DNA of 64,000 nt, taken from Geosiphon pyriformis uo1 (Eukaryota; Fungi; Glomeromycota). The notes under the pieces were generated by a model. It saw only the letters and a program-made list of their open reading frames with translations, was not told where the DNA came from and made no database searches. The stretch lies in contig JAAOMT010000426.1 in NCBI GenBank assembly GCA_016748015.1, positions 153,620 to 217,619 of the forward strand, in the 5' to 3' direction. Of this stretch, positions 37,201-50,413 are shown piece by piece (the first letter of the stretch is position 1; every line of letters begins with the position of its first letter). Made by a program: the position numbers and the translations under genes.

Positions 37201-37960
37201 GCTTTAAAAAAATAAAAAATAAAAAAACTTTTCTAATATTTTAAAAAAATTAGTTGTTTTAGATAAAAAAAAAAATTTTTTTTATTTTTTTGGCCATTTA
37301 AGCAAATGTAAAAAAATAGCAAAAAAAATAGCTTTATTATTAGTTTAAATAACTAATTATATATAAAAAATGCATAAATTATAATTATTAATTAATAATT
37401 AAATTATATTTTGTTTTATTATAATTAAATTCAATATTAAAATTATATAATTATATATAAAAAACATAAATTATGTTTAATATAATATATATATATTAAA
37501 TATATTTAAATAATAATCATATTATATATATAAACAATAAAAAAAATTTAAGATATAATATTAATTATTAAATTATTAAGGTTTTTAATAAATTTAATTT
37601 GAAAACAAAAAATTAGCTTTTTAATATAAAACTTCAAGTTTTAAATTTAATAATTATAGTTAAATTAATTATTATTGTAATATGCTATATTAAACAGAAT
37701 AATTAATATAAATATATAAATAATATAATTTTAAATAATTAAAATACATAATAATATTTTTAATTAAATGCTAATAATATAAAACTTATAATAATAATAT
37801 TATTATTATTATTTAATAAATGAATTCCAAATACTATTTAACACAAAAATAATATTATTAAAAATAGTAAAAATATTACCAAAACTTAAATAAATAAATA
37901 TCCTTAAATTTAAATGGCTGATTATATATAAAAAGTGCATAATTTATATTTTATATCAAA
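34208..37960. other. Extremely AT-rich block, probably terminally decayed TEs
   Basis: No ORF of 60 aa or more over 3.7 kb and almost no CpG. Motif (G)CTGATTATATATAAAAAG at ~37917, with decayed copies at ~37352 and ~37447, matches the reverse complement of ~60808-60826. Confidence 0.65.
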
Positions 37961-38478
37961 CATGCTATGTATATGTTAAAAAATAATTTCTATTAAAATG
38001 CTTAGAAGAATGATTGATTTGTATTGAAATAAAAGTCGTGTGATTGGATAGATAGCCAGCGAGTAAAAGCATCCGAAGATCACAACCCATGGTAATTTAT
38101 CAGTCATTGTTATGGAGATCCTTAAAGATCAAAATAGTACTAGCAAATTTCCTTGCCATTTTTTTAATAATTTTTTCACATATAACGTTAGTAAAAAATT
38201 GAATAGCTCTTGCTGAATAAAAGGGGAAATTTTTTATAATAGAGTTTTCGAGATAACACTACACCTATCTCTTTCTTTTCAACATCCCAATAAAGGGCTT
38301 TTTAGATCAGTTGAGTGTAAGGTATGCGTGAGAATTTTCAAAGAAAAGGCCTGTTTCATCGTTCGTTTTAATTAATGTCTCCAATTGTCGAATCAGTATG
38401 TTTTCACCCACTAGCTCATGATTTTTTGATCAAATGCTTCTTGATCATTCCATAAATTGGATTCTTCGATAGCCTCTA

Positions 38479-39490
38479 ATGTCAAAGAATGGTGAGAATG
38501 GGTATTCCCCGCCTGAGAACAGGGTAGTCTTAAATGTTGGTGGTATTAAGGTTAGCAAGATAATTTTTGAAGTTTCGAAAACACTTTCAGCTTGGCTATA
38601 TTTTTCCTAATCTAATTTTAGATTTTTACTATCCTTATGAAAATTTTTTTGGCTCATATAATTACATATACTCAATGCTGTTAAATATATCGCTGGAATC
38701 TTGATCGTCTTTCATGAATCAGTTTGAAACCTATAGAACCACTTTGACAGCCTTCCCCGAGACTTTTCTAGGCACGATGTTTGCCCCGCGTAATGAAGCG
38801 CTCCTTCGAAATACAAACGACAATGAATATTTTTTTGATCGAAATCCTCGTGCATTTTACTATATTATGGAATATTATCGCACTGGCAAAGTCTACTGGG
38901 GTGATTACGGTTTAAATGGTCCAAAAATATCAAGGAAACAACTCGAGGCAGAATACGATTATTTTCAAATTCATCCGGAAAATCACATCTTAGCCCCAAC
39001 TCGAGGTGATGAGCATGATGCCGCTACTCGTCTTGATGAGTTTGTTAATATGTTGGCTTCTGTGCTCGAAGAACTTCGTGCAAATTTTCGAACCCGGGCA
39101 AAAATCACCTTTCCAGCATTAGATAGTAGGAAATTGTGTGTGCGGCCAGATTTAAAAATTCTATGTGATTTGGTGCAACCGTTTTCCTTAGTTGGATATC
39201 ACTTTTTGAGGTTGTTTGGTGATGAAATTGGCAAGCATTTGGAGACGAAAATTTCAACTTTGGAGTGTAGGTGCGTTTTAAAAGAGGGTAGTGGAACCGA
39301 TGATGAGGATGCCGCCTGTACCATCATCTTTACAATGACTCATAAATTGGATGTGGAGTTGATCAAAAATCTATCAGTTATTGCCAATACCAATATTAAC
39401 GAGCTGACTGATATGGGCGTCAATAGCGGCCGGACAACGAAATCGTCAACTACTATGAAAACCAGGTCGAGTAATCGTCGCAACGGATAA
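38479..39490 (+). CDS. BTB/POZ (KCTD/T1-type) domain protein, 279 aa; exons 38479-38550 and 38723-39490
   Basis: VVLNVGGIK|FETYRTTLTAFPETFLGTMF...EYFFDRNPRAFYYIMEYYRTG...EYDYFQI; a phase-0 GT-AG intron at 38551-38722 restores the domain. Confidence 0.93.
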
Positions 39491-39849
39491 GGGTGGGCTT
39501 GAGTTGCAACTCATGTAAAGATTATACGATTAGAGCTTCGTAGGTAAGTTGAAAATCTCATTGGCCCAGAGGTCCTGACCATGGGAAAGTTTTTTTATCT
39601 ATAGATTAAAAACTTCAGATTTATTCATGGAAGAGATGAATATATCGTGTAAGTCAGGAAGAAGGCCCCTGATCCCGCAGGGACGGGAAACAGCATCAAT
39701 TTTGGTTTTCGCTCATTTAGTAAAATAATTATTATAAAATCTAATTTTTTTAGATTATGCGAGACAATGTATACCTGCAATTTTCGTGAAAAGTATCTCA
39801 AAACTGAATTATGTCTTTAGACAATTTTAACCATTTACCCATCAAATTT

Positions 39850-41800
39850 ATTTGTAATTAGAATTTGATTTGTTGTTATATTTTAAAACAGTTATTATAT
39901 TATTTAAATAATTTACAGATTTAAGGAAGTGTTATATAGTTTTCTTGAAAGCTTAAAAACATTTAATAAATTTATTATTATTTAATATTCCAAAACTTAA
40001 TTTAGTTTCTTTTATTAATTTTTTCAAAAATAATTATTAGTAACAAAAATTGGCTAGTAATTTAAACATATAATTGATTGGTTTAAAACAACCAGATTTT
40101 TTAGTAAACTTTTTAATAAAACCAAGAGTTAAGTAATTTAAACTTTAATATTTATAATAATATTAACAATTAAAATTTTTTTACTAAATTTAGTTTTAAT
40201 AACAGCAATATTAAAAACTTTTTAAATTCTAAAAATTATAATTGCAGATTTTTGGCCAATTATATTATTAATCTTAAAAATTGTACAATAAAAGTTAATT
40301 AATTTTAAAAATATTTTAATATTAATAATTTAAAATTAAAAATAAATTATTACAAACTAATAAATTTTATTTTAATATTATCAATCTTATTATATACTTT
40401 AAATTTATTTTTAATATTATAAAATATAACCACAACAAAAAAACCAATTTTAAATACAATAAAATATAATAATTTAATAAATTCAATCTTAATAACAACA
40501 TTTAAAAATTTTTAAAATACAAATTTATATAAAAAAGCTTAATATTGTTTTTAAAAACTAATTTAAAACCAAAAAAAGTTAAAAAGTAATTTAAACATAA
40601 TTTAGTTTAATTTTTAAAAAACATTAAAGCAAAAGTCATTTAATTAAAAAATTTTCCAATTATTAAAAATATTATTAAATAATACAACAGTATTAAAAAT
40701 ATATTGTTTTATTTTTTTATATTATATTAAATTTTTAAAGTAAATAATATTGTTTATAAAGTAAAAAAAAATATATATTAAACATAATTTGTATTGTTTG
40801 TATAAACAAAAATTGTTTAAAATTAATTATATTAAACAATATAGTTATATGTAAATGTATATTTATTTTAATAAATATGTTATTACTATTTTTGTTTAAA
40901 TTAAAAAACATTATTATTTACAATTAAAAATTTAATAAAACAAACTAATAAAAATTAATAATACATAAAAATCAAAACTTTAATTTTTTAAATAAATTAA
41001 TAATAATTTCAAAAATACAAAACTGGTGCTTTAAAAAATAACAAAAATAAATCTTTTTTAAATTTAAAATATAATAATAAATCTTAAAATTTTTGTTAAT
41101 AGTAAAAATAATATTAAAACTATTTGGTGAAAAAAAATTGGTTTGTGTTATTTAAAAAAAATTTACTATTAAAAATTTTTTGTTTATTGTTTTTTTAAGG
41201 TATTAATAAAAATAGTAATTGCTTTTTTTTTGAAATTTACAAGATTAAAATATAAAAATAATAATATTTGAATTATGAAATTATTTGTTATTTTTAGTTA
41301 TCTTAAGTTAAATAACTCATATGTTTTTTAAATAGGTTTATATTTAAATTAAATTATTATTATTATATTTTTTAATTTAATTTTATTTAAATTCTGCCAG
41401 TTTACTTTGTAATAATTATAAATTTTAATAAGTTTTTAATATAAACAGTAATTTATAAAAAACAATTAATTTAAATAAGCATATTAAAAACATTATAATA
41501 AAATAATAATAATAAAATAAAAAATAATTGTTGTAAAAATAACAAATAAATAATAATTATTACTATAATTTTTTATCTTAAATTATAATATTAATAATTA
41601 ATTAATTGATTAATTTAAGAATAAATGTTAATAATTAATTTATATAATAAAATTAATATAAAAAAAATTGAAATAATGGCTAAAAATAATTAACATAATT
41701 AAATAATATCAAAATTAAATAGAAATATTTTGTTTAATGTAATATTTTATTTTTTAAAAAAAAATTTAAATTAATTTTTAATTTGATTATTGGTAAAAAA
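39850..41800. other. Extremely AT-rich block, probably decayed repeat
   Basis: No ORFs, CpG essentially absent, sharp borders with gene-containing DNA. Confidence 0.55.
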
Positions 41801-42649
41801 GCACTAACATTACTTTCAATTTTGTGGTTGAAGCATAAAATTATTTTAATTGTGTTTTTTACAATGACTGGATTTTGTATTCAAAATTAAATAAGTTCAA
41901 GATTTTCGTAGTCGTGCTGCATTGGACATTTTAAATATGACCATGTTATTCAAGAAATTATTTGCTCATAGAATTAAAATTTAACACAGATAAAAAAACT
42001 CAAAATTAACTTTCTTCATTTGGGCAAAAAAAGATGCGTGTGAAAGAGAATAAACAAAATTCGTTTGAGAGTGCTTGTTACCTATAATTTATTTCAGTTA
42101 ATGCTTTGGTATACGGAATTCAATCAACCTATTTTCGGGTTGAACTTTTCTAATATTCTAAATAGGCATGAAAATTAAAAAGTTATTTTTTATAGTGTGC
42201 AAAAAGATTTCTATTTGCAACCATAAAAGGCCAAGAATCCGAAACTAAATGTGGAAAACAACAAATGGGCCTGCCTACCGCAGAATTGGCACGTCCATGA
42301 TCTCTGATCAACTGATAATGCGAGAGAACTATTGATGTGGTGGTCATCCTGCATAGTAAATAGAAAAAGACCGGGCAGAACGTCGGTGCTGAGGTTGTAG
42401 AAACCTGAACAGAAAACTGATGAGCTTCGAAAGGCTTTTGCATGTCGGAAGTAATTCTAATGAGTTACACGATTGAATTCCAGACCACACAATCAACAGA
42501 CGCATCATGCAGTGTATGGGTGTTACCTTGCAATTTTGCATGATTCGAAAACACGATTCCCAGCCACAAAATGATGTGGTTGATTCACTTATAAAAGACT
42601 CTGAATTCCATCGCGCTAGCTAAGTTTATCAAGAATTTGATAGATTATA

Positions 42650-43105
42650 ATGTCTAAAGATTTACGAAAATCTCGTTCATTTTCTAGTTTCTCTCAATCT
42701 TCTTTTCAAACCACGCCTGATGAAATATCATCGTATTTTTTTAACTCCAATAGTTTTAAAATGAAGCAATTTGAACTAAAAAATAGTAAAAATTTACTTT
42801 TACCAATCATTATCAATAATGATAATAATGATAATCAAATAGAAGAACTGAATGAATTCATCGAATACGAAATCCAGGGAGCAAGCTCAGAATATAATCA
42901 AAAATGTGATAACGAACGATTATTAAAATATGCTGTGGAAATTGAACGAGTTCGAAAGAAGGCATCCGAAAAAAATCATTTTTTGGATGATCACAAGGAT
43001 AATCATGGTGTAAAATCTATCTTGGGTGATTGGGAAGGGCTATTTGTTGAAGAGCCCGACGAGTTGGAGGAATCTGATGATGACGTAGGTTTTAATTTTC
43101 AATGA
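42650..43105 (+). CDS. Hypothetical acidic, Ser-rich protein (151 aa)
   Basis: ATG-initiated ORF with TATAAAA at ~42590; C-terminal GDWEGLFVEE motif shared with the 55378 gene. Confidence 0.65.
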   Translation: MSKDLRKSRSFSSFSQSSFQTTPDEISSYFFNSNSFKMKQFELKNSKNLLLPIIINNDNNDNQIEELNEFIEYEIQGASSEYNQKCDNERLLKYAVEIERVRKKASEKNHFLDDHKDNHGVKSILGDWEGLFVEEPDELEESDDDVGFNFQ

Positions 43106-44689
43106 GATTTACATATAATAGCTGATTTTTACCCTTTTTAATTAAAACCTATTTTATGAATTAGCAGGAAGAAACTACAATTTACCAATCAAGTGATGCC
43201 TACTATTTTTCTGATGACTCAGATTTCGGAAACAATGAAGAATTGCGGTGGTAAAGAGGTTTTCAAAAGAATTCTTAGGATAAAATAGTTGAAATATTTG
43301 AATCTGATATCAATAGCATTTACTCTTGTGGTTTTTAGATTCTTGTATAAAAAAGTTAAAAAGTTTTAAAATTTTCTTGCAAAGAAAAATTGTATTTTTA
43401 TAATTATTAGTAAAGCTACGTTTTTATTTTATTTTTTAACAGTTTCCTTTATAATTTATAAAGTTCTTAAAAACTTAAGCTTTTCAATAAACTCTGATAG
43501 TTGAATTGTTAATTTTCTTGGGTTTTTGGGTAAGGCTGAATGAAAATGGTAAAATTTTATTAAATTTTTATTTTCAAAATAAAAATAAAAATTATTATAA
43601 TTATATAAAATTTGTTTATTACTTATTTTGGTAATATCATAAATGGCATATGACAATTCTTGTAATATTTAAGTCTTAATTTATATTTTCTAGTTTGAAA
43701 AAAATTAAATAATAGCGAATAAATATAACTATTAATATATTAGAAATTTGATAATAATGATTTACATTTTTAAAAAAATTATGGTTCAATTATTTTAAAT
43801 ATAATTGTTAAAAATAATGATATATTTCTAAATTAATAAAATTTATTGGTTTATGTTTTTATTTTATATATTAAAAAAATATTATGTTAATTAATTAAAT
43901 TAAAATTTTATAATATAATCAACTTTTAAATTTACAAAAACATTCTAAATATTTGAATTTAAATTTTTTGATTTTAAAATTAAAATATTTATTTTAAATA
44001 CTGTGTTTTATCTGAAAGTTTGTATATTTTTATGAACTTTGAATTTAATATTAATAATTAAGCTTTGGTAACTAATTATTTAATTAAACATATTTCAGAC
44101 GAAAATGTGTTTTATAACTTGCCATTAGAAAATTTTTTGGATTTTTGAATTGATTGATCACTTATCAATTGGCCACCAAATTTAGTCCATGCCAAAAAGT
44201 AAGGTCAACTTTAGGCCAAGTTCCAGTCATTCAGAACAATTGGGATTAAATCTGGAAGAAAAACATTGCTCAGCTTTAAGCTGAAACTGATATTCCAATT
44301 TCTTGATTGAAACAGTAAAAAATTAACACTTAACACCATTAGTAATAATGAAATTCTTTGTCTTTTCTTCCATTTTAATTTTAAATTGGAATAAGCCTGT
44401 CTTTTTGGTTATTGAAAATTCCGAATAAGTTTTTTGTTTAAAATTTGGCAAATATTCATTTAAATTTCTAACCAAAATCTATAACATTTTTTGGATTACA
44501 CAATTTTCTTAAACACAAATTTAGGAGATTTTTTCTTTCGAAATACCCTAATATCAATTTTATAATAAACTAATATGTAGTATGACCTTCTGCATTTATA
44601 CAAGTTTTAATACGGGTAAACATATTACGAATATTCGTAAGTACGACCTTCTCTGGAAGGTTTACCCATTCTTTTTACCACCATTCCTT

Positions 44690-45129
44690 TCATTTTTTCT
44701 CTAAATGATGCTTCGAAAGAGCCCAAATATTCTCAATAGAGTTGAGATCTGGGTTATATGATGACCATGGCAGAACACGACATGAAAGTCTTGCTTGGAG
44801 GCCACCACACACATTAAAAATGGAGGTAAATCATGCTTGGGCAGAATTGCAATGTACCCGACCCTTGAGAGCTTGTCCCGGAAAGTTTATTTGCCGACTT
44901 CGAGGTCTGGTTGCATTTCTTTGAGCGCTTTGATTTCGGCTGCCGTAACAAGATGATTTCCGTCCACGACTTTGCCGATCTGGCGACGTTTGCGAGAAGT
45001 AAGCTTGTGAGCGGTTAGGAAGATGAACATCCGAAATTTAGACATTTTTGTAAGTAGGGTGGCAGGAGCGAAAGAGAACATCAGTTGGTTTGGGTGATTT
45101 CGGTCAAAATTAATTAATGACTTCACCAT
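44690..45129 (-). mobile_element. Internally deleted Tc1/IS630 transposase remnant
   Basis: KLTSRKRRQIGKVV...TAAEIK...LSRVGY (Tc3-type HTH) followed shortly by WSSYNPDLNSIENIW (44721-44770), matching WPxxSPDLNPIENLW. TIRs not located. Confidence 0.8.
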
Positions 45130-46758
45130 TTGATTTTAAGGTAAATGAAAATAGATAAAAAAAATAAAATGGGTGACGGCAGGAATGAATGAGAGGCTGT
45201 GTGATATCAGGGTGACCAAAAATAACATGTACGCGTCGACCTTTTCTGCAACAAGGTTGGTAACGCGACAAATTTTATTAATGAAGTTAGCGCAATCACT
45301 TTCCCATGGAACTCTACTTACTAAAAAATGAAAAGTTCAGAATCAGCGCATATTTTATATCGGTAGTTCATTTAATATAAACCAATCCAACTTGACAAAA
45401 AGTAATTTTAGAAATACTTAAAATCTTTTTATCCATATTTAAAAGGGCCTAACTTACAAAAGCTACACCATAATCTTTTATTTTTTGACGATTCGTCTTA
45501 TTAAGCTTTTATTTGTTGATTTCATTGATGAAAAGAATATGTTTAACTCACATTTCATATTTTTCCTATCAGGGAATTACCCCAGTATTGAGTATCAGAG
45601 GCATAACTGCTTACAGCCATTATTCTCACGTTTCCACGGCTCTTCTTTTGGATGGCATGACTTGTAAAGAACTTTATTTTATCTATCGAACCTAAAAACT
45701 CCAGTTGACTAAGTGTTTTTAGGCATATCTTTTTTTGTATATCGACAATTTATTAATTCAAGTTAGGGGTCAGGTAGGTTGATCATGCAAAAAGCTAGCT
45801 CGAAAATAAACCATACACCACTAACTGTAATAAAATACTGACTGTAGAAAATTATGCCAAATATGACTTTAATTTTAATTTTTGACCAAAACGCCAGCAT
45901 TTAATATTCTTATATTTAGCAAATATTTCAATTAAATATGGTAAGAGGATACAAATTGTATGACTTTTTGAGATCCCCATCTCATAATATAACTTGGATT
46001 TATCAGAATCGAAAGAAACACGAACTCGAAAAGATTATGACAAAAACCGTTTTTTGGTCAATCTACAGTAGAAGCATAATGACCCAGATCGTGGAAATTA
46101 CCTATTACTATATATCAATAATTTTCTAGATTATCAAGAGTTATTTTCAATCAACGTTTAGAAAGAGCCAAGAAATTTGAGTTAAAAAATGAAAGATGAT
46201 AGGATTTGAAAAATATATATTCGCTTGAACTCATAGAATCACCTGATACGCATAAGTTATTTTCGAATGTCTTTACGATGTTTACTAACAGGCTAAAAAA
46301 TTTAGGATTGGATGAATAGTAGGACTCTTCGTATCGTTTAAAGATGTCCAAGCAAAATATTAATTTTGATCGCTAACCCACCCCTTTGTACAACTTTGTA
46401 AGAATTAAAACAATGGGAATCTACTTACCAAGATCGCATGACATTATATTGATTTGGACTTTTTAGTTTGTGATTAAGCATGACCAAAAGATTATCTGGC
46501 CATGAATTTTTTTCATTTTAAGAATTTCATAGAATACTACCGATAATGGTAAAATTGCTCTTTAAAAAACTTAACCATTTTTATTTTTGCAAGATGTTGG
46601 GAAAAAAGGGAAATTTTTATTGCAATAATTCATAAAAATTAGGTAAGAACTACCTCGAGGGTTTTGTATAAAACGACACAGAAAATTCTCCAGTTTCTGA
46701 CCGCTAAGAAGAAAAGTTTCATCCCTTCTTCAAGCAAAAACTAAATTGCACAGTAAAA

Positions 46759-47707
46759 ATGATTAAAAACGCGCTTTCACTCACTATTATTTTCGCCAGC
46801 TTGGCTCTAGTTTACGCAACACCAGCAAAAAAAACAGGACTATCATGGGGCTACACTGCTTACGATGGTCCCGAAACATCCGCTTGGCCTGACGAATGCC
46901 GCACCGGAACTCAGCAATCACCAATCAACATTGATCAAACTCTTTTTTCAAAAGGCACTGGCACTACAACCACTCCTGATGTTAGCAAACTCCCAAACGT
47001 TTACACTTTCAAAGCGATAAACAGAGGTCACACTGTCGAATTCATCTCACCAGAACCAGATTCATTTATTCCAATTACCCTATCTAAAGATGGTTATACC
47101 TACCACTTGGCAGGCTTTCATTTCCATACCCCATCTGAGCATCGTGTTGATAATATTCATTCAGATGCAGAAGTTCATTTCGTGTTCAAAACTTCTTCGT
47201 CATCAGAGCTGAAGATTGCTGTGGTCGGTTTCTTTTTGCAAGCTGCAGAAGAGGGTAGCGATTATATCAGTTCTTTGTTTGCTAATGGACTACCTGGCCC
47301 AAATATTGGCGATGAGGTGCAAGTACAGGGAATTAATATTGGCCAATTTTTCAAGGATAGTAACAATCTTAAAGAGGTATGTTTGAACTGATCTTAAATG
47401 TGATTATGAAAGATTATTGGCGTAAACACTAACTTTTTATTACTTTTAAAATTAGGCTTATCAATATGACGGAAGTTTGACCACTCCACCATGTAGCGAG
47501 GGTCTCAAATGGCACGTCAACCCTCAAATTTATCCAATAAGCTTGCCTAATTACCATGATCTTCGTCGCAATATAGGATTCAGCGCACGTACCCTTAACC
47601 GCCGGGAAGATAATGCCGGTGAGGCGCACCATTGGCATACGAAGGTACTTGATGTCAAGACTTGGGTTCACAAAATGCAAAAAGTCTTTGAATCAGCTGA
47701 TTATTAA
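46759..47707 (+). CDS. Secreted alpha-carbonic anhydrase, 289 aa; exons 46759-47376 and 47456-47707
   Basis: Signal peptide; QSPINI, NRGHT, FHFH, SEH, EVHFV (three Zn-binding His), GSLTTPPCSEG; intron GTATGT...ACTAAC...TAG at 47377-47455. Confidence 0.96.
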
Positions 47708-48570
47708 TCAGTCTTTTATTAGATCTAGCACTTCAATTATATTTAAATTGTAAATCTTAGCTGCGAGCGTTCTGATTGTTTATAAAAATAAAAAATAACT
47801 TCATAGTATATATTTGATGGTGAAATTTGTAAAGGGTCACTCGTATATTGTCGCATCTTGCATTTAAGGAATGCTCAATGTTTGATAGCACTTTTTCTAA
47901 TAATTTGCTCATTTTAATTCCGTTATTATAGTGGATATGGTTTTTATTCGTCTTGGGAATATTGATTTTTTCTTGAACTTGCAAAGATGATCCACAGTTT
48001 TGTGGGCCTGTATTCCGCAGCAAGTATTCCCCGAAATTCTTTTGCGAACATGGGACTACGGGTTACATATTAAAATCATTCATATGATTTAAGAGATGGA
48101 AATTGAGAATATGCATAATTTGAGGCTTAAAAGTATAAATGTTGGAAGTGTAAGGGTATGTGGAGCAGTGAGTGAGAACTTTATGAGGTTTGCAGGAAAT
48201 TTATTCAAATTAAAGGTATAGCTTTCAAGAAAGAGGTTTTATATTGAAATGCCTAAAATATTTCCAATAATATAGTCTAATTACTAGATAGCTTTGAATT
48301 ACCCTGATAACTTCTTGTTAAATAATGAATTCATAATAAAAACCTTCGGGCAAAATAGTCATCTTTTAGCTAATTTGAAAGATTTGAAAAAGGATAAAAG
48401 CTTTTAATATCATTGATTCCGTCAGTGTTAACATCACAATTTTTATATAATTAAAAAAATGACCAGTTTTTGTCTGATTTAGTCGTCAGTGATTAATGCG
48501 AAACAGATTTAAGTATTGTATTAATATCATAATTTTTTAACTCATAATTAAAACACAATAAACATTAAGC

Positions 48571-49330
48571 ATAGTTCGTCACAAAAATTTTACTACATTT
48601 TCATGAAGACCACACTGATTGATATATTTTCAGAAAGCCCAAAAGCAACTGACTTTATTAATATAAAATTTAATATGCGATTCTTTCGCCTTTACTCTCG
48701 ATAATCAACTCGCAACGCAGTGACATTGAATTTACTACACAATGGCCAGTGAATAACTTGGGGTACATTTTTCGCAAGAAACCCCTTAGCTACTCGATTT
48801 ATCGTTATCTTGATGAAAGTGCCACTTCTTGCCAAGTATCCCATTAACTTCCCAAAATACTGTTGCAAAATTTCACAATAGAACTTACCATCCATAGTAC
48901 GCCGAAAACAAAATAAGCTAATTTTTCCCCTCATATAAAAGCCGTCCAACAAAAGTTTTTGTGGTCTTGGATGAACTGGCCGTTTTCCTTTTTACTAATG
49001 TTCAATTGTGTTTGGGAAAAGTTAAAATGCTGTTTCATTACAAAATGAAGTTTTTTCCAGTTATCATTAAAATGAAATTTGGCCCCATTCAACATGTTTC
49101 TGCTTTTGAACTTCGTTAGCATTGGCCTAGTAATTGGTAAGTTTTTCATTTATTGAAATTATTTTTAAATGTCTGCCAATTGTGCGATATAAAATTCTAC
49201 GGACATATTGATGTCCTTTTTCGATACATGTCCTGTAATCTTCTTGCGACGATCATTACCGCCTTTGTGGTCAATTTTTCCATTGTATCGTACAATTGAG
49301 ATAGATAACTTAGTCAGTTTACTTAATTTT
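48571..49330 (-). mobile_element. Degenerate Tc1/IS630 transposon
   Basis: Frameshifted LPITRPMLT...NDNWKK, GKISLFCFRRTMDGKFYCEIL and FLAKNVPQVIHWP; boundaries approximate. Confidence 0.75.
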
Positions 49331-49537
49331 GAGATGGAACGTTCTAGAAATACAATTTATTTCTAATGTGAATTATGTACAAAGGTTGCTCATTCATTCC
49401 GCTTTAGAAATAATGGAAATGAAATCTATGGGGTTTTATTTGGATCTTAGGGTTGGTAGAATGGTTGAGCCGGGAAAAGGAAAAATGATTATCATTTTAT
49501 AAAAAGAGAAATGAAACTTAAGATAAATTCTTAAATT

Positions 49538-50413
49538 TAGGGATGTTAATCGGTCCGGTCCCGTCAGTCCCAAGCAGGACTGGACCGGACCGAGATCCCA
49601 GGATCATCCTTTTGGATGATCCGAATATATCACGTGTTTATGACGTGATTAAAAAATTACGATTTAATTATTTATTTGAAAAACAGAAGAGTAGGCCATT
49701 AATATTGCTTTGCTTTTCATTAGATTGCGTTTAAGACCTCCTTTGAACATTAGTGTTAATAGTTTGTCTATTGTACAATAGACACTAAAAGTAACGCCCA
49801 CTTTTGTATAGTAATACATATAAAAATCGGACGTTACTTTCAGTGCCTATTGTACATATATATTGACGAAACTCAAGTTACTTTATTATTATATGTGAGC
49901 AACAAATATTGCAATTGTATCGGAACATGCTACAACAGCATATTCTTTATTCATCAAAGACACCGAAGAGATCTGCTTTACCGAACCCAATAGCCATGAG
50001 CACCGTGGTTAGTTAATTTCACTTGAGTTATGTTGATTTTCCGATTAGTACCTCTTATATTAACAGAAATGTCTTGTAATATTTTTCAAAGATGAAAACT
50101 CGATAAATATCGCATCGCACTAAAATTATATTGCCCTAAACAATGAACAACTTTGTAATGAGAAAATGGTATGTTCGAAATTCATAACTAATTCTTTTTG
50201 TCACGTATAAAAGAAAGTCGTGTCATGATCGTTTTATAGTATGTTGCGTTCATTTTTTTGTGTTCATGATAAAAATATCACCAACGCTGAACATTAATCT
50301 TTGTATTACTAAATAATAAGGTGGGACGAACCTATAGAATCGTCTGTTTTGTCACATGACTAAAATTACTGCGGGACCGACGGTCCTAAAGTTAGGACCG
50401 ATTAACATCCCTA
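49538..50413. mobile_element. Non-autonomous hAT element (876 bp)
   Basis: Perfect 19-bp TIR TAGGGATGTTAATCGGTCC; 8-bp TSD CTTAAATT at 49530-49537 and 50414-50421; subterminal CGGTCC/GGACCG repeats; no transposase. Confidence 0.95.
49776..49852. mobile_element. 77-bp Tc1/mariner-type mini-MITE inside the hAT element
   Basis: Arms CAATAGACACTAAAAGTAACGCCC and GGACGTTACTTTCAGTGCCTATTG are near-perfect inverted repeats, flanked by TA on both sides. Confidence 0.7.

Noticed and set aside
39669-39712. CTGAT-CCCG...CGGGAAAC, resembling a hammerhead ribozyme
   Set aside because: Core CUGAnGA is incomplete and stems I and III are unconvincing.
42183-42541. Overlapping minus-strand ORFs of 86 and 65 aa
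   Set aside because: No domain signal; probably the promoter region of the 42650 gene or a relic.
45570-45695. GITPVLS...ELYFIY, resembling a ferric reductase/NOX NAD-binding segment
   Set aside because: Too short, with no supporting neighbouring exons.
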